The position numbers were made by a program, and so were the translations under genes. From the NCBI GenBank assembly GCA_029717555.1, contig JAMDHS010000024.1, positions 186,001 to 250,000 on the forward strand: 64,000 bases of DNA, read 5' to 3'. Below the pieces are notes generated by a model. It saw nothing but the letters and a program-made list of their open reading frames with translations, was not told where the DNA came from and did no database searches. Source of the DNA: Peribolospora baueri (lineage: Eukaryota). This document shows positions 62,143-64,000 of the stretch, in pieces; positions within the stretch are counted from its first letter, which is position 1; each line of letters begins with the position of its first letter.

Positions 62143-63696
62143 ATGGCCCCCCTCAACTTCGCCGTCATCGGCTTTGGAATGTCTGCTAAAGTCTTCCACA
62201 TTCCCCTCATCCGCTCCCTCGGCCCTCAGAAGGCAAACTTGCACACCATCCTCCAGCGCTCCGGAGATGAGTGCGAGAAGCTGTTCCCTCACGCCAAGCA
62301 CTATAGGACTTTGGACGAGGTGCTCGCGGATAAGGATGTTGACGTGGTCGTCATTACCAGCATGTAAGCGTTGAATGGCATCTGTCTGTGTCTTTCAGTG
62401 CTAGCAGACCTCTGACACGTTGCATCGACACACTGGCAGCCCCGACACTCATTTCCCCTTCGCCAAGGCGACGCTGGAAGCGGGCAAGCATGGTAAGCCA
62501 GGAGGCCTTCGTTTCTTCCTTCGCGCTGTGTTCGCGCACTGACAAGTTTTCTGCTGTCCTGCCGTGCAGTCATCGTAGAGAAGCCTTTCACTGCTCGCTC
62601 GTCGGAAGCTGAGAAGCTCTGCAAGCTCGCGCAAGACAAGAATCTCGTCCTCGCCGTCTACCAGAGTGAGTCGATCCCACTTATCCAGACCGGACGCTGC
62701 GGGCGCCGCTTCCGGTACCGCTGAAGGGTCCTGCTTGCCCAGATCTACCCCTCTTTTGCACTCTCGTATTCTAGTAGAGAGACTTTCGCTGACCTCATCA
62801 GTTCTCCTTCCAATGCCAATCCAGACCGTCGTTGGGATTCGGATTTCCTCACCCTTCGCTCTCTGCTTAGCCCCACCGACGGCTCTCCCTCCCCTATCGG
62901 CACACCCGTCCTTGTCGAAAGTCATTTTGATCGCTACGTGGCACCCGGCGCTGCCCCGCGCGCTGCGTGGAAAGAAGCTGGTGGAGAGGACGACCCTATA
63001 GGATTTTTGTATGACCTCGGGAGCCACTTGATCGATCAGGGTGAGTGGAGGACCATTCCGAAGTTCTATCACGTTCTCCCGCTCAACTGCACCTTCTTAT
63101 GCGTTTTCGCTCGGTGTTCCTTCTTGTCAGCCGTCACCCTCTTCGGCCCACCGAGCACCGTCTCCGCTCGTCTCTCGGCCATCCGAGCTCAGCTAGGACA
63201 CACGTCCTCTGCCGCGGACGACGACTTCTACGTGACGCTCACCTACTCTCATCTCCCCCACCTCACTGTGGTCCTAGCCGGAACGGCCCTCTCGGCCACC
63301 TCTCGCCAGCTCCGCTTCAAGGTGCGTGGCGACAAGGGCAGCTGGGAGAAGTACGGCACGGACCCCCAGGAGGACCAGCTCAAAGCGGGCCTCCGACCTG
63401 TCGACGACGACGGCAAGCTCGTCGAGTCGTACGGCGTCGAGAGCGACCTCTCCTTGCGCGGCATCTTGACCGTGGTGGATGCGAGTAGCAAGCCTCTCGC
63501 CTTCGAGTCCAAGCCCGTGGAGACGAAACGAGGCACGTATCTCGTATTCTACGAGAACGTCTTCGACGCCATTCAGAAACGGAAGAGGGACGAGCTGGCA
63601 GTAAAGCCTGAGGAGGCGCGTGATGCGATCAGAGTACTCGAGCTGGCAAGGAAGAGCGCCAAGGAAGGGAGGGTGGTGAAGTGGGATGAGAAGTGA
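62143..63696 (+). CDS. Gfo/Idh/MocA family NAD(P)-dependent oxidoreductase
   Basis: FAVIGFGMSAKVFHIP, VIVEKPF, VYQ-RRWDSDFLT, ESHFDRY, LYDLGSHLIDQ, KYGTDPQEDQL. Confidence 0.9.
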
Positions 63697-63816
63697 AGAA
63701 AGGGCGAAAGAGGGACCTTCGTTTACTTTGGTTTGGAGTTATGTTCGTTCATTTGCTTGCACTGCTCCGCGGACTCGCTACGCTTCTCCGGGTTGCAATC
63801 AGTCTGGAAGACAAAA

Positions 63817-64000
63817 ATGACGACTCGCGAACGCCCAATTGCGGCGGCTTTTCACCTCTATGAAGTATCACTGAGCCTTGTACGCCAGCTCGACTGGTAC
63901 CTGCGCCCGACGCCCTTCAAGTCTCGGCTCTTCAAGGACTACAGGTGCCCATACTGTGGCGTGATGCTCAACACACGCACCGCTGCGAAACATGTCTGCA
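63817..64000 (+). CDS. Possible 5' part of a hypothetical protein with a CxxC...HxC motif, running off the window
   Basis: ATG in AAAAATG context; frame open to the window edge (61 codons) ending YRCPYCGVMLNTRTAAKHVC. Confidence 0.25.
   Translation, partial: MTTRERPIAAAFHLYEVSLSLVRQLDWYLRPTPFKSRLFKDYRCPYCGVMLNTRTAAKHVC

Overview
Gene-dense, GC-rich, intron-rich eukaryotic DNA from a fungus, most likely a basidiomycete yeast (short GTGAGT/GTGCGT...CTGAC...YAG introns; no finer taxonomy can be supported). I can support about 22 protein-coding genes, mostly housekeeping: siroheme synthase (5' truncated), COQ3, a KRE6/SKN1 GH16 protein, a BadF-type GlcNAc-kinase-like protein, ADE13, RIB4, an AIF/AMID-like oxidoreductase, a pyruvate dehydrogenase kinase, malate synthase, ADE4, TAPT1/EMP65, an ERT1/AcuK-like Zn2Cys6 factor, FDH1, a Pex24-domain peroxin, RCF2, an RDS2/AcuM-like Zn2Cys6 factor, NOP56, a peroxisomal MaoC hydratase, proteasome alpha-1, YTP1, HIS3 and a Gfo/Idh/MocA oxidoreductase. 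There are also two weak orphan ORFs. No rRNA, tRNA, CRISPR array or recognisable transposon is seen. The most interesting pattern is that both subunits of the AcuK/AcuM (AOD2/AOD5-type) gluconeogenic regulator heterodimer are encoded about 7 kb apart. They sit among non-fermentative carbon genes, and their known CCG-N7-CCG site is clustered in the divergent PDK-malate synthase promoter. Other leads are a PTS1 isolated on a tiny terminal exon of malate synthase, a non-canonical cofactor-specificity motif in FDH, and strong hairpins in ADE4 and RIB4 introns. Exon structures were inferred by eye and gene spans include introns; product calls rest on motifs I recognised, not on database searches.
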